A DNA stretch of 64,000 nt from the IMG/VR virus record IMGVR_UViG_3300028797_000103, positions 23,685 through 87,684 of that record. One strand, given 5' to 3'. The notes under the pieces are model-generated. The model did not search any database. It was not told the origin of the DNA and saw only the letters and a list, made by a program, of their open reading frames with translations. This document shows positions 26,971 to 35,453 of this stretch, piece after piece. The stretch is from a virus. Its lineage: Duplodnaviria; Heunggongvirae; Uroviricota; Caudoviricetes. Position 1 is the first letter of the stretch; the number at the start of each line of letters is the position of its first letter. The position numbers and the translations under genes are program-made.

Positions 26971-28536
26971 ATGTTATTTGCTCGTTTATCGGATGATACG
27001 AAATGGATTCTTGTCGAAGGAAACCCTGATGAAGTTCAGTTAGTCAGGTCACAGTTCGTCAAGAAGATAAACTCGTGGTATATCATAAAGAAAAAGAACA
27101 AAAACGCAAACGTTGATGAAACCTTTATGAACCAATACGGGATACTCCCAACCGGTCTCTGGGTTGAACTTATAAACGCTTGTAAAAAATTCAACGTCTC
27201 CCTTGTCTTTGAGGATGACTTCACAAAAAAGACAACAAATTGCCATATATCCAGAGAAGAGTACGATTCTTTCATGGACAATCTTTTTGAGAACTCCGAA
27301 ATAAAGCCAAAGAAATATCAACTCGATTCCGTGTACAATATGGTATATTATAAAAACTGCTGTGTTGAGATATCAACATCCGGCGGTAAAACTCTTATAT
27401 CATATATGCTGTTCAAATTCCTGAAAGATTATCTTGGAGTAAAACGTATTTTGTTCATAACTCCGAAAACGGAATTAACAACACAGTCTGCGGAAAAATA
27501 TGTCAAGTATGACAACCAGAATCATATAGAAAACAATTGGAAGTATGAAGTGGTTCATTCAAAGGCTAAGAAAAAAGACAGTTACGAAGAATATGACATT
27601 GTCTTTGGAAATTATCAGTCGATAAGAAACAAGAAAGAAGATTTCTTTAAGATTTTCGATGCCGTTATATTGGACGAAGCTCATCACGGACAATGCAGTT
27701 CATGTAGAACGATAATGAAGAAATGTACAAATGCTCAGTACAAGATTGGAATGACCGGAACTTTCCCTGAGGCAGACAGTTATAATAATTTTGTATTGCA
27801 GTCGAACATTGGTCCAGTCGTTTACAGATATTCTTCATATGAGCTGATCAACGAAGAGAAATTTGCAACGAATGTTGTAATATCAATGATAGGGTTGAAG
27901 TATCTTGATCCTGAGAGGTTGAAAGTTCTTCATGACCTTAGAAAGCTAGATAAGACAGAAACGCCTGAAACTGGAGGTAAGATTTTGAAAGGCGAACAGC
28001 GTTTAGCTCGTGAAAATCAAAGCAGGTTTCTCTATATATGTAAGGCTATATCAAAGACAACAAAAAATAGTCTTGTTATTTTCTCAGATATCAAGCATGG
28101 TTATGGAAGAAAAGTTTATAACTACATTAAAGAAAATACAAGCAAGCGAGTTTTTTATATAGACGGAGAAATCACATCAAAAGTAAGAAGTGAAATTATA
28201 GATGAAACGGAAAAGGATACTTCCGGAAACACGATAATCGTAGCTTCTATGCAATGCTTCTCAGAAGGGATAGACATAGGAAATCTCTGGAATATATTTC
28301 TTATTGAAACGACAAAAGCTGAGACGACTGTCGCGCAGATACTCGGTCGTGGTATGAGAAGGTTTGAGGGGAAGGATAAGACTATGATGATTGACTTTGT
28401 TGATGACTTCAGGTTCGGCGGGGACGAGAAGGATGAGAATTATCTATGGAAACACGGAATGGAAAGATATTCAATTTATAAAAGAAGAGGATTTCCGTGT
28501 TCATTATATTCGGTTGATCTTAACCAGAATAAATAG
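26971..28536 (+). CDS. uvsW: UvsW-like SF2 DNA helicase
   Basis: STSGGKT, ILDEAHH, GMTGT, QILGRGMR motifs. Start moved to ATG 26971, just after the host-type promoter. Confidence 0.85.
   Translation: MLFARLSDDTKWILVEGNPDEVQLVRSQFVKKINSWYIIKKKNKNANVDETFMNQYGILPTGLWVELINACKKFNVSLVFEDDFTKKTTNCHISREEYDSFMDNLFENSEIKPKKYQLDSVYNMVYYKNCCVEISTSGGKTLISYMLFKFLKDYLGVKRILFITPKTELTTQSAEKYVKYDNQNHIENNWKYEVVHSKAKKKDSYEEYDIVFGNYQSIRNKKEDFFKIFDAVILDEAHHGQCSSCRTIMKKCTNAQYKIGMTGTFPEADSYNNFVLQSNIGPVVYRYSSYELINEEKFATNVVISMIGLKYLDPERLKVLHDLRKLDKTETPETGGKILKGEQRLARENQSRFLYICKAISKTTKNSLVIFSDIKHGYGRKVYNYIKENTSKRVFYIDGEITSKVRSEIIDETEKDTSGNTIIVASMQCFSEGIDIGNLWNIFLIETTKAETTVAQILGRGMRRFEGKDKTMMIDFVDDFRFGGDEKDENYLWKHGMERYSIYKRRGFPCSLYSVDLNQNK
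28528..28535 (+). promoter_or_regulatory. putative late promoter
   Basis: AATAAATA 24 nt before the Dps-like gene, overlapping the end of uvsW. Confidence 0.5.
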
Positions 28537-28559
28537 AGAAAGGAATTTTCTTTATTCAA

Positions 28560-29102
28560 ATGACAAGAATGAACAGAAAGGATAGAGTTCTTTTGGAGGG
28601 GCTCAACTCTAAATATGGAAATGATTTAATGGCTAACGCCATCATCGCAATAACAAACGGTAGAGAAAATGGACAGGACGAACAGAGTCCGCGTCCGGTT
28701 TCTAGCGATGTTGACGATACGAGGGAGTGTGCCGTTCTAGATTTGGTTAGATTTTTAGAAGGCGCAAGAATCCGTTTCAGAGAGTTACACTGGGAAGCTG
28801 AAAAAAATTCTGAACATAAACTTACGGATGACATTATAAGTTCTCTTGAATCTTATGAAGATGAGATCGCCGAAGATTTCATGGGTATAATAGGATATCG
28901 CATAAAGGTTGGACAGTTGATACCGCTTATGCCTAAATCGACTACAACATCTGGTTGTATAGAAGAGACCTTACAATGGTGCAAAGAAGTTAAGCGCCTT
29001 CTGTCATCCGAAGGTGGAGAGTCGTATGATGGAATAGTTAATATGCTTGATGATATCCATCACTATCTGAAAAAAGCGAAATATCTTTCAACGATGAGTT
29101 AA
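28560..29102 (+). CDS. Dps/ferritin-like protein with N-terminal leader
   Basis: LHW-x7-H-x3-D...DEIAE matches Dps ferroxidase spacing; about 55-aa N-terminal extension; late motif 24 nt upstream. Confidence 0.7.
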   Translation: MTRMNRKDRVLLEGLNSKYGNDLMANAIIAITNGRENGQDEQSPRPVSSDVDDTRECAVLDLVRFLEGARIRFRELHWEAEKNSEHKLTDDIISSLESYEDEIAEDFMGIIGYRIKVGQLIPLMPKSTTTSGCIEETLQWCKEVKRLLSSEGGESYDGIVNMLDDIHHYLKKAKYLSTMS

Positions 29103-29105
29103 ACG

Positions 29106-29130
29106 AAGCCCGATTGATTCGGGCTTTTTT
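29106..29130 (+). terminator. intrinsic terminator
   Basis: AAGCCCGA/TCGGGCTT hairpin plus T-run after the Dps-like gene. Confidence 0.8.
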
Positions 29131-29137
29131 GTTGAAA

Positions 29138-29165
29138 AAACTTTTTTCAAAAACACGCATATAAT
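29138..29165 (+). promoter_or_regulatory. class II (putative middle) promoter
   Basis: AAACTTTTTTCAAAAACACGCATATAAT upstream of the GT pair. Confidence 0.65.
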
Positions 29166-29191
29166 ATATTAGGAAAAGTAATGTATGTAGA

Positions 29192-30031
29192 ATGAAAGAA
29201 AAATTAGGACTTGGAATAGTAGCGTTTGATGATACACTCCACCTCAGAAATATAATATCAGAAATAAGGGACTTGTGTGATGACGTTGTTATTTGCCTTC
29301 AGGAAGTTTCTTATCACGGAGACCACATAAAAGAAAATATAGTTAACGAGATAAAGACAATAAAGGATGAAGGTCTTATCGACGAAATTATATGGTTTGA
29401 AGAAACCAAGGAATACGATGAAAGTCTTCCAGAAACGCCGAGGGTTATAGAGACAGACAAGAGGAACTTCATTCTTGACACACTTGAGAACAGAGGGTGT
29501 ACACATGCTCTTGTGATTGACAGCGACGAGTTCTACGATCACGATGACTTCAAAAAAGCAAAGGAACTTGTATATAATGATGACAACATAAAGGTGTCGT
29601 ACTGCCAATATGTAAATTATTACAGGGATTACAGACACGTTATGGTGTGGCCATTCGAGGCTTTTGTTCCTTTTATAAGCGAAATTAAGTTTAGGTTTGA
29701 TTTTAAGGAGGGAAACTTCACAAAACCGAGCGACCCGACAAGACGATACAAGGTTGAAGATGGAAAATTCTGCATATTTAACTGGGGTACTATTAAAATG
29801 CACCACCTTTCTTGGATAAGGAAGAACATCGAGGATAAAGTTGAGAATTGGTCTGCTAAAAAATATTTCGAAGACGCCGACAATTTGAAAGAAAGAATAC
29901 TTGAAAGGTATTATAATTATAAAGACGGTCAGAACGCTATACTTATGTTCGGTGTTCCGAATCACGAGGTTGTTGTGACTGCACTTCCGGACCAATATAT
30001 ACACCCAAAACATAATCTCCTTGATTTATGA
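29192..30031 (+). CDS. GT-A fold glycosyltransferase
   Basis: LGLGIVAFDD...CDDVVIC...ETDKRNFILD...THALVIDSDEFY (DxD) and MHHLSW. Confidence 0.65.
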   Translation: MKEKLGLGIVAFDDTLHLRNIISEIRDLCDDVVICLQEVSYHGDHIKENIVNEIKTIKDEGLIDEIIWFEETKEYDESLPETPRVIETDKRNFILDTLENRGCTHALVIDSDEFYDHDDFKKAKELVYNDDNIKVSYCQYVNYYRDYRHVMVWPFEAFVPFISEIKFRFDFKEGNFTKPSDPTRRYKVEDGKFCIFNWGTIKMHHLSWIRKNIEDKVENWSAKKYFEDADNLKERILERYYNYKDGQNAILMFGVPNHEVVVTALPDQYIHPKHNLLDL

Positions 30032-30972
30032 AAATAGGTGTTCTTATAATGTCAACCCCATTTAATCCGGGTGCCAGAAATGTAAACGCTTTTAAAGAAA
30101 CGATCGTTAAAGATTATATTGAAAATAAATCAGAATTTAAGCACGAATATGGGTTCTACGAATATTACTGCATAAAGGAAGTTGAAAACAGCGAATACTA
30201 TTATGTCTGTGAAGATGAACTTATGAACACAATAGTAATAAACGAAGATGAAAGCGTATACAGAACATTCGAAAAGACTATGGCTGCATTTAACGCAGTA
30301 TCTTTTGAAAACTACGATTTCATAATCAGGTTAAATATATCAACGTTTATAAATCTCAGGCTGATCGATAGGTTCATAGATAATTTCGAGAAGGATATTG
30401 TGTACTGCAACGCAATAAACGCTCATCTTAACGGAAACGACTGGAAGTATTGCAATGAGCTGTACCCAAGAGGGGATATGATGATTTTCAGCGGAGAGTT
30501 GATGAGTAAAATACATAGGGAAGGGTTAAAATACATCTATTGTGACGAATCTCTTGAACATCGAATTGGAGTTGAACACGTTGACGATTGTTTAATCGGA
30601 GCCTGTCTGATGGATGTCTTTGGGACTTGTTATTATGAGCACCTGAAGATGCTGAGATACAACTTTATCCCGTCTGCTGAAATAAACGAGAACGAAATCG
30701 ATAAAAGATGTATAGGATACAGGATTAAAACAATACCTCCAACGGAAAGGTTTAGCGGATATTCTTGGAAAGATAATGACTGGAGAAAATGCGAACCAAA
30801 TAAATTTAACATTTTGATAGGGGTTGTAAGAAAAGAAGATTATTCTTGTTTTAAATTTGATGATTTATTTACAACAAAAGAAGAATCTAAGCGAACAAAC
30901 GCAATCGAGATTGTTGGAGGGGTTCCGGTTGATATAATCAAAGAAATGATAGAGAATAAAAGGTTTGAATGA
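30028..30972 (+). CDS. putative glycosyltransferase (GT31/galactosyltransferase-like)
   Basis: FEKTMAAF...YDFIIRLNISTFINLRL...PRGDMMIFS...VDDCLIG; ATGA overlap with the upstream GT. Confidence 0.55.
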   Translation: MKIGVLIMSTPFNPGARNVNAFKETIVKDYIENKSEFKHEYGFYEYYCIKEVENSEYYYVCEDELMNTIVINEDESVYRTFEKTMAAFNAVSFENYDFIIRLNISTFINLRLIDRFIDNFEKDIVYCNAINAHLNGNDWKYCNELYPRGDMMIFSGELMSKIHREGLKYIYCDESLEHRIGVEHVDDCLIGACLMDVFGTCYYEHLKMLRYNFIPSAEINENEIDKRCIGYRIKTIPPTERFSGYSWKDNDWRKCEPNKFNILIGVVRKEDYSCFKFDDLFTTKEESKRTNAIEIVGGVPVDIIKEMIENKRFE

Positions 30973-30983
30973 TTTCAAACCTT

Positions 30984-32078
30984 TTATTCTGTTACAATGG
31001 CATCCACGGGACACTTTGAAATACACTCACCACAAGAAATACAACGGTCTTCTGATATAAAGTACAATGGAATAACATTAACTGTTGAACATGCAGTACA
31101 AGTCCACGTTCCGGTATCAGGGTTAACAGCCGAACCACTGTCTATTCTACCGCACGTTTTACATATTACTTTTGCTGGCATCACTCTTCTCGCTACGATT
31201 GCTTGCCTTGGACAATTAGCATCCATGCACTCTCCGCAGTTTACGCAGTTGCTGTTTATATGATATCCACCACTATATACAGGCTGCACATTGTCATCTT
31301 CGGATTCAAAAAGTTTTACTTGAAAGTCTTTTAATCTTTGTTCTTCAAGCCAATCCAAAACATCACCATTAACTTGTTGTTCGCTATAATAATCTTTTAT
31401 AGCATTGTATAAAATTTCGTTGTTTACGCTTTTTATTTGTAGTTCTTTTACAATGTCAATTTTTCTTATGTACGATTTTTTACAATACGATTTATACTTT
31501 GTGTATAAGTACATGTGCGCTTCGTAATCAAACAGCGCGTCGTCGTATGCGGCTTTTTTTGCTTCTTCGTAATAATATTTCTTTACTTCGTCTAAGATAT
31601 GGAAATCATCTCCGTTAAATGAATTGCAAATTATTCTGTTTATCGACTTTTCATCAATCATTATATCTTTGCTTATCGTTCTTGTGTTTACATATTGATC
31701 AAAGTCTTTTACCAATATTGTGAAATTTCCAAGTCGTTCGCTGTCGAAATTTACATTATATACGTTCGATTTATTCAGGTCGGACTTTCTGTATCTGAAA
31801 TCGTTTCCGTATAGTCTATTTTTTATATAACTTCCGGCTTGACCATATTTGGATTCCGGAAGAGTTTCGTTATAAAATTTATCAGACACTCCAGAATATA
31901 ACCTTGGAGAGTCAGACCTTGATGTAAATTCTATTGTTATTTTTTCGTTATCTGAAAACACTCCAGATTCTTTTCTTAATGAAATTCTTGGATATTCTTT
32001 TACCAATTGTTTCGTTACGGTATCTTTTGAAAATCCAAAATCTGTTGGTTTGCTTCCAACATAATTATTTACTGCCAT
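30984..32078 (-). CDS. protein with C-terminal 2x[4Fe-4S] ferredoxin domain interrupted by a zinc ribbon
   Basis: CVNCGECMDANCP...CKTC...WTCTAC...CISCGECISKCPVDAI; last gene of the minus-strand tail operon. Confidence 0.8.
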   Translation of the reverse strand: MAVNNYVGSKPTDFGFSKDTVTKQLVKEYPRISLRKESGVFSDNEKITIEFTSRSDSPRLYSGVSDKFYNETLPESKYGQAGSYIKNRLYGNDFRYRKSDLNKSNVYNVNFDSERLGNFTILVKDFDQYVNTRTISKDIMIDEKSINRIICNSFNGDDFHILDEVKKYYYEEAKKAAYDDALFDYEAHMYLYTKYKSYCKKSYIRKIDIVKELQIKSVNNEILYNAIKDYYSEQQVNGDVLDWLEEQRLKDFQVKLFESEDDNVQPVYSGGYHINSNCVNCGECMDANCPRQAIVARRVMPAKVICKTCGRIDSGSAVNPDTGTWTCTACSTVNVIPLYFISEDRCISCGECISKCPVDAIVTE

Positions 32079-32117
32079 TAAACAAGTATTTTAATTTTTT
32101 AATATTAAGGTTTATGT

Positions 32118-33053
32118 TTATATCCATTCCCATCCGCCGTTTTGCTCATACTCAAATGTAGATGCATCTGTGTATAGAAGTGGCGCTACGCTATAATACC
32201 ATACTCCTCCATTAATTCTAGAATAAACAGAACGAAACTGATCGCTTTTTATGTTTATGATTCTTGCCAAAAGACCACAATTTACACATCTTAAATTATA
32301 AATTGGCTCAGGTAGGTATCCGATTCCCTTTATTCCGGCGCTTGGACTTTTTCCATAGTAAAATCCACCAAGCGAACCAAGAGAATCGTCATATTGATTT
32401 ACTTGCTGCGCATCATATCTGTCGTCCTCATACCCACAACTTGGGCATTTTACAACGGTTCTAATCAATGCACGAACGGAGCTGTCCGTCTCGCTAGATA
32501 CCTTTAAATTTAAAGAACAATCGAAAATTCCAAGACGTTTTTTCTCAGCCGGTGTAGGAGAACTATCTATTATATAATAATTTTCATTATCAAAATAATT
32601 TACTTCACCATAACTGAAGCTCGATGAATTGGCTTCAAATGTAACACTTATCGTTTCTGCTGTCGACTCTCGTTTTTCCTTTTCCTCTTGATCCCACTCA
32701 TCAATTTTATATACTTCAAATGTGTTGTTATCTTGTTCGTCTCTACCGATATATCTATACAGCACAAACGTATTATTGTTAATGTTTAGTATATAATCCT
32801 TATCAGAAATGTTCTCAGACACATATTCTATATCTTCTTCAAAAATGACGGATTCTACAATATCTCCATATTTTAATTTTATTTCGGATATCGCGGCATG
32901 TTTTGATATATATGTGCGCTGCCCGTTTGTTCCTTGCTCTCCCACGGATAAGCAAGAATTTAACGATATTTTTCCATACATATCGTTTTTTGTTAAAGCA
33001 TCATTGGAGACGATTTCGCCTCCAACCTTTATATCTTTTTTACTCATTTTCAT
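32118..33053 (-). CDS. putative tail-associated protein with two CxxC motifs
   Basis: GEQGTNG triplets, CPSCG and CVNCG; overlaps the upstream gene. Confidence 0.6.
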   Translation of the reverse strand: MKMSKKDIKVGGEIVSNDALTKNDMYGKISLNSCLSVGEQGTNGQRTYISKHAAISEIKLKYGDIVESVIFEEDIEYVSENISDKDYILNINNNTFVLYRYIGRDEQDNNTFEVYKIDEWDQEEKEKRESTAETISVTFEANSSSFSYGEVNYFDNENYYIIDSSPTPAEKKRLGIFDCSLNLKVSSETDSSVRALIRTVVKCPSCGYEDDRYDAQQVNQYDDSLGSLGGFYYGKSPSAGIKGIGYLPEPIYNLRCVNCGLLARIINIKSDQFRSVYSRINGGVWYYSVAPLLYTDASTFEYEQNGGWEWI

Positions 33054-33891
33054 TTGATGATTCGTGCTGCGTTTGTTTGGTTGCTTTTATAGAATATATT
33101 TTCTTTTCGTCCGTGAAATCAACGTACACTTGTATTCTGTTGCTTGGCAGGCTGCTCCGCGCAATCTTCGAACAATCATAATCATCATCGGCTGGCATTC
33201 CACCTTCACTAAACTCCATTTTAGGACTTGATGTAAAATATCGTTTTTCTAGCCAGAAGTCAACCTTATATTTTCTTATATCGCCGATTACGTTATCTGG
33301 GAGCGGGTCATACTTAGAAACAACGTGCTCTACGCAATCGTCTATAACTACAGTTATTTTTATGTGTTTGACATCTAATTTGCATTCCAACTCAACAGAC
33401 ATTTGGTGAGCCGGTACTGTTTTTTCATGCGAATCTCTGTGTATATAGAATGGAGATTGTTCAACGCTATTTGTAGATTTGTAATTATAATTATTCAATA
33501 TTTTTATGCTACTGTCATCTACTATGTTCCACGTTGCAGTTATGTTGTGGTATTCTGATGAGTTTTCGCTTGTTTCGTCATCAAATATGCTTCCTATTAT
33601 TGAACTTATCTTCCCGTTTTCTATTTTATATAGATCTCCGTTTGAGTCAAGAATTATATCGCCGTCTCTATAATATACCGTTTCTGTTATATTATTGTTG
33701 TTTGATAGCGCTTTATTCTGAGAAATAAATTCGTTGACCAAATCTTCATTTTCTCCGTGTTCTTCGTCGCTGTTATGGGAATTTATCCCATATGAACAGA
33801 AGAATATGTTTCTTCCGTTTTCTCCTGAATTACCAGATGGACCTTGTAATGAATATCCGTTTATTCCCTTTAGTTCCATGTCCATGTGCAT
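33040..33891 (-). CDS. putative tail fibre/appendage protein (paralogous N-terminal module)
   Basis: GPSGNSGENG-RNIFF...YRDGDIIL...LYKI shared with 33870..35453. Confidence 0.6.
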   Translation of the reverse strand: MHMDMELKGINGYSLQGPSGNSGENGRNIFFCSYGINSHNSDEEHGENEDLVNEFISQNKALSNNNNITETVYYRDGDIILDSNGDLYKIENGKISSIIGSIFDDETSENSSEYHNITATWNIVDDSSIKILNNYNYKSTNSVEQSPFYIHRDSHEKTVPAHQMSVELECKLDVKHIKITVVIDDCVEHVVSKYDPLPDNVIGDIRKYKVDFWLEKRYFTSSPKMEFSEGGMPADDDYDCSKIARSSLPSNRIQVYVDFTDEKKIYSIKATKQTQHESSNENE

Positions 33892-35453
33892 TCCATATTC
33901 ATTTTATATATTGTTTCTTCGCCGGTTTCGTTGTTAATCAATACAAATTCGGCCCATCCAAAATTTTTGTTAAAAATCTCATTCAGTGTATTTGTCATAG
34001 CTGTTCTTAAAATACTAGGCGACAGAGATGTTCTAGGTCTATCTAACAAATTTATGACATTTGTTTTATTCTGAAAATTGTATGATGTTTTTTCATATGA
34101 TGTTCCATCGTTTGTTTTCAAATCACCCGATATCCCCAGATATTCCAAGAAATAATTGCTCGCAGACGCCGAATCTCCTCTGCGAAACAGGCACACGTTT
34201 TTTGTTGGAGAATTAAACGCGACGTTATTTTCTCCTGTTTGTTTTTCTCCACTCATTTTTCTCGAACCATATCTAACGGACGAGTCTTCGTGTAAAGAGA
34301 CTCTTGGACCAGCAAGAGAAAACTCATAGTTTACTGGATTTTGGATGGTTCCAGAATATTTTATTTTCTTTGTCTGTTTTGGAAGTATTTCTGATTTTTT
34401 TGCAGCGATATTTGTTATGTCTTGAGCCTTAACGCTAGCGTCGAAATATGTCACAAGAGGACCATTATTATACCTTCTTGTCACGGTTGCCTTTATTCCC
34501 TTTAAAATGTAATAGGTTTGATAAAATGATAACATATTATCAGATGGAAAATAATATTTTGAGTTAAATCCATTTTCAGATATGAAGATTTTATCAAGTT
34601 GCGAGATGTCCATTTCGATTTTATTCGGATTTAACGGGTCGAGACTAATTGGAATCTGCATTTCTTTATAGAAATCAAATCCATTTGTATTAGATTTGAT
34701 AAAAACACAGCTATCGTAAGTGGATTCTGGTCCAGAATACTTTTTATTGCATTTTATATAAAGTTTTGCAAAATATGAATATATTGATGGATCTATTTTC
34801 CTTTTTGTGTCCGGAGATAAATTACTTTTAAGCGTAACGCTTGCCTTGAATGTACATCGCTTATAATCATATGTTGAATCCGAACTTCCGTTTAATATTG
34901 AACTGTCGTTTGCAACAAGATTGTATATTGAACTATCTTCAAAATTATAATTTTGCCCTTCTTTTAAGTAATAAAAATAATTCGGTATCGTTCCGTTGCT
35001 CTTGGCTTTTATTTCTGATTCGAGTGTTGAAAAATTTATAACAAGTCTGTTTGTTTTTAACTCTTCACCAAGAATGTCTTCTAATTTTTTAGGAATTCTT
35101 GGATTTGATATTCTTCCAATTTCTTCAACATCAACTTCTCCGTCTACGGATTTTTTAATCCTATACACGACTCGTTTCGGTGTTAGAATAATATCACCAT
35201 CAACATAACCGCGTTCGCCTATTGATTCGGTGTCGGTTTGTTTTATTTTTTCCCCACTCTCAATTTTTCTTATCAGCATCTCTTTATGAAAATCGTCACT
35301 TATTTCATAATCAGAAAAGAAAATTGATGTTCCTGGTTTACCTTCTGCTCCAGTAAGCGGCTCAGCGTGATTACTTAATCTTCCTGAAAAAATAAATTCA
35401 GAAGATTTTGATTCCTGTCCAGTTTGGATATTTCTGGCTATTGTGTTCGACAT
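33870..35453 (-). CDS. putative tail fibre/appendage protein (paralogous N-terminal module)
   Basis: GAEGKPG-TSIFF...YVDGDIIL...VYRI. Confidence 0.6.
   Translation of the reverse strand: MSNTIARNIQTGQESKSSEFIFSGRLSNHAEPLTGAEGKPGTSIFFSDYEISDDFHKEMLIRKIESGEKIKQTDTESIGERGYVDGDIILTPKRVVYRIKKSVDGEVDVEEIGRISNPRIPKKLEDILGEELKTNRLVINFSTLESEIKAKSNGTIPNYFYYLKEGQNYNFEDSSIYNLVANDSSILNGSSDSTYDYKRCTFKASVTLKSNLSPDTKRKIDPSIYSYFAKLYIKCNKKYSGPESTYDSCVFIKSNTNGFDFYKEMQIPISLDPLNPNKIEMDISQLDKIFISENGFNSKYYFPSDNMLSFYQTYYILKGIKATVTRRYNNGPLVTYFDASVKAQDITNIAAKKSEILPKQTKKIKYSGTIQNPVNYEFSLAGPRVSLHEDSSVRYGSRKMSGEKQTGENNVAFNSPTKNVCLFRRGDSASASNYFLEYLGISGDLKTNDGTSYEKTSYNFQNKTNVINLLDRPRTSLSPSILRTAMTNTLNEIFNKNFGWAEFVLINNETGEETIYKMNMECTWTWN

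Noticed and set aside
29258-30013. 251-aa antisense ORF over the glycosyltransferase
   Set aside because: Exactly in codon register with the sense gene, so it only reflects absence of TTA/CTA/TCA codons; no promoter or recognisable motif.
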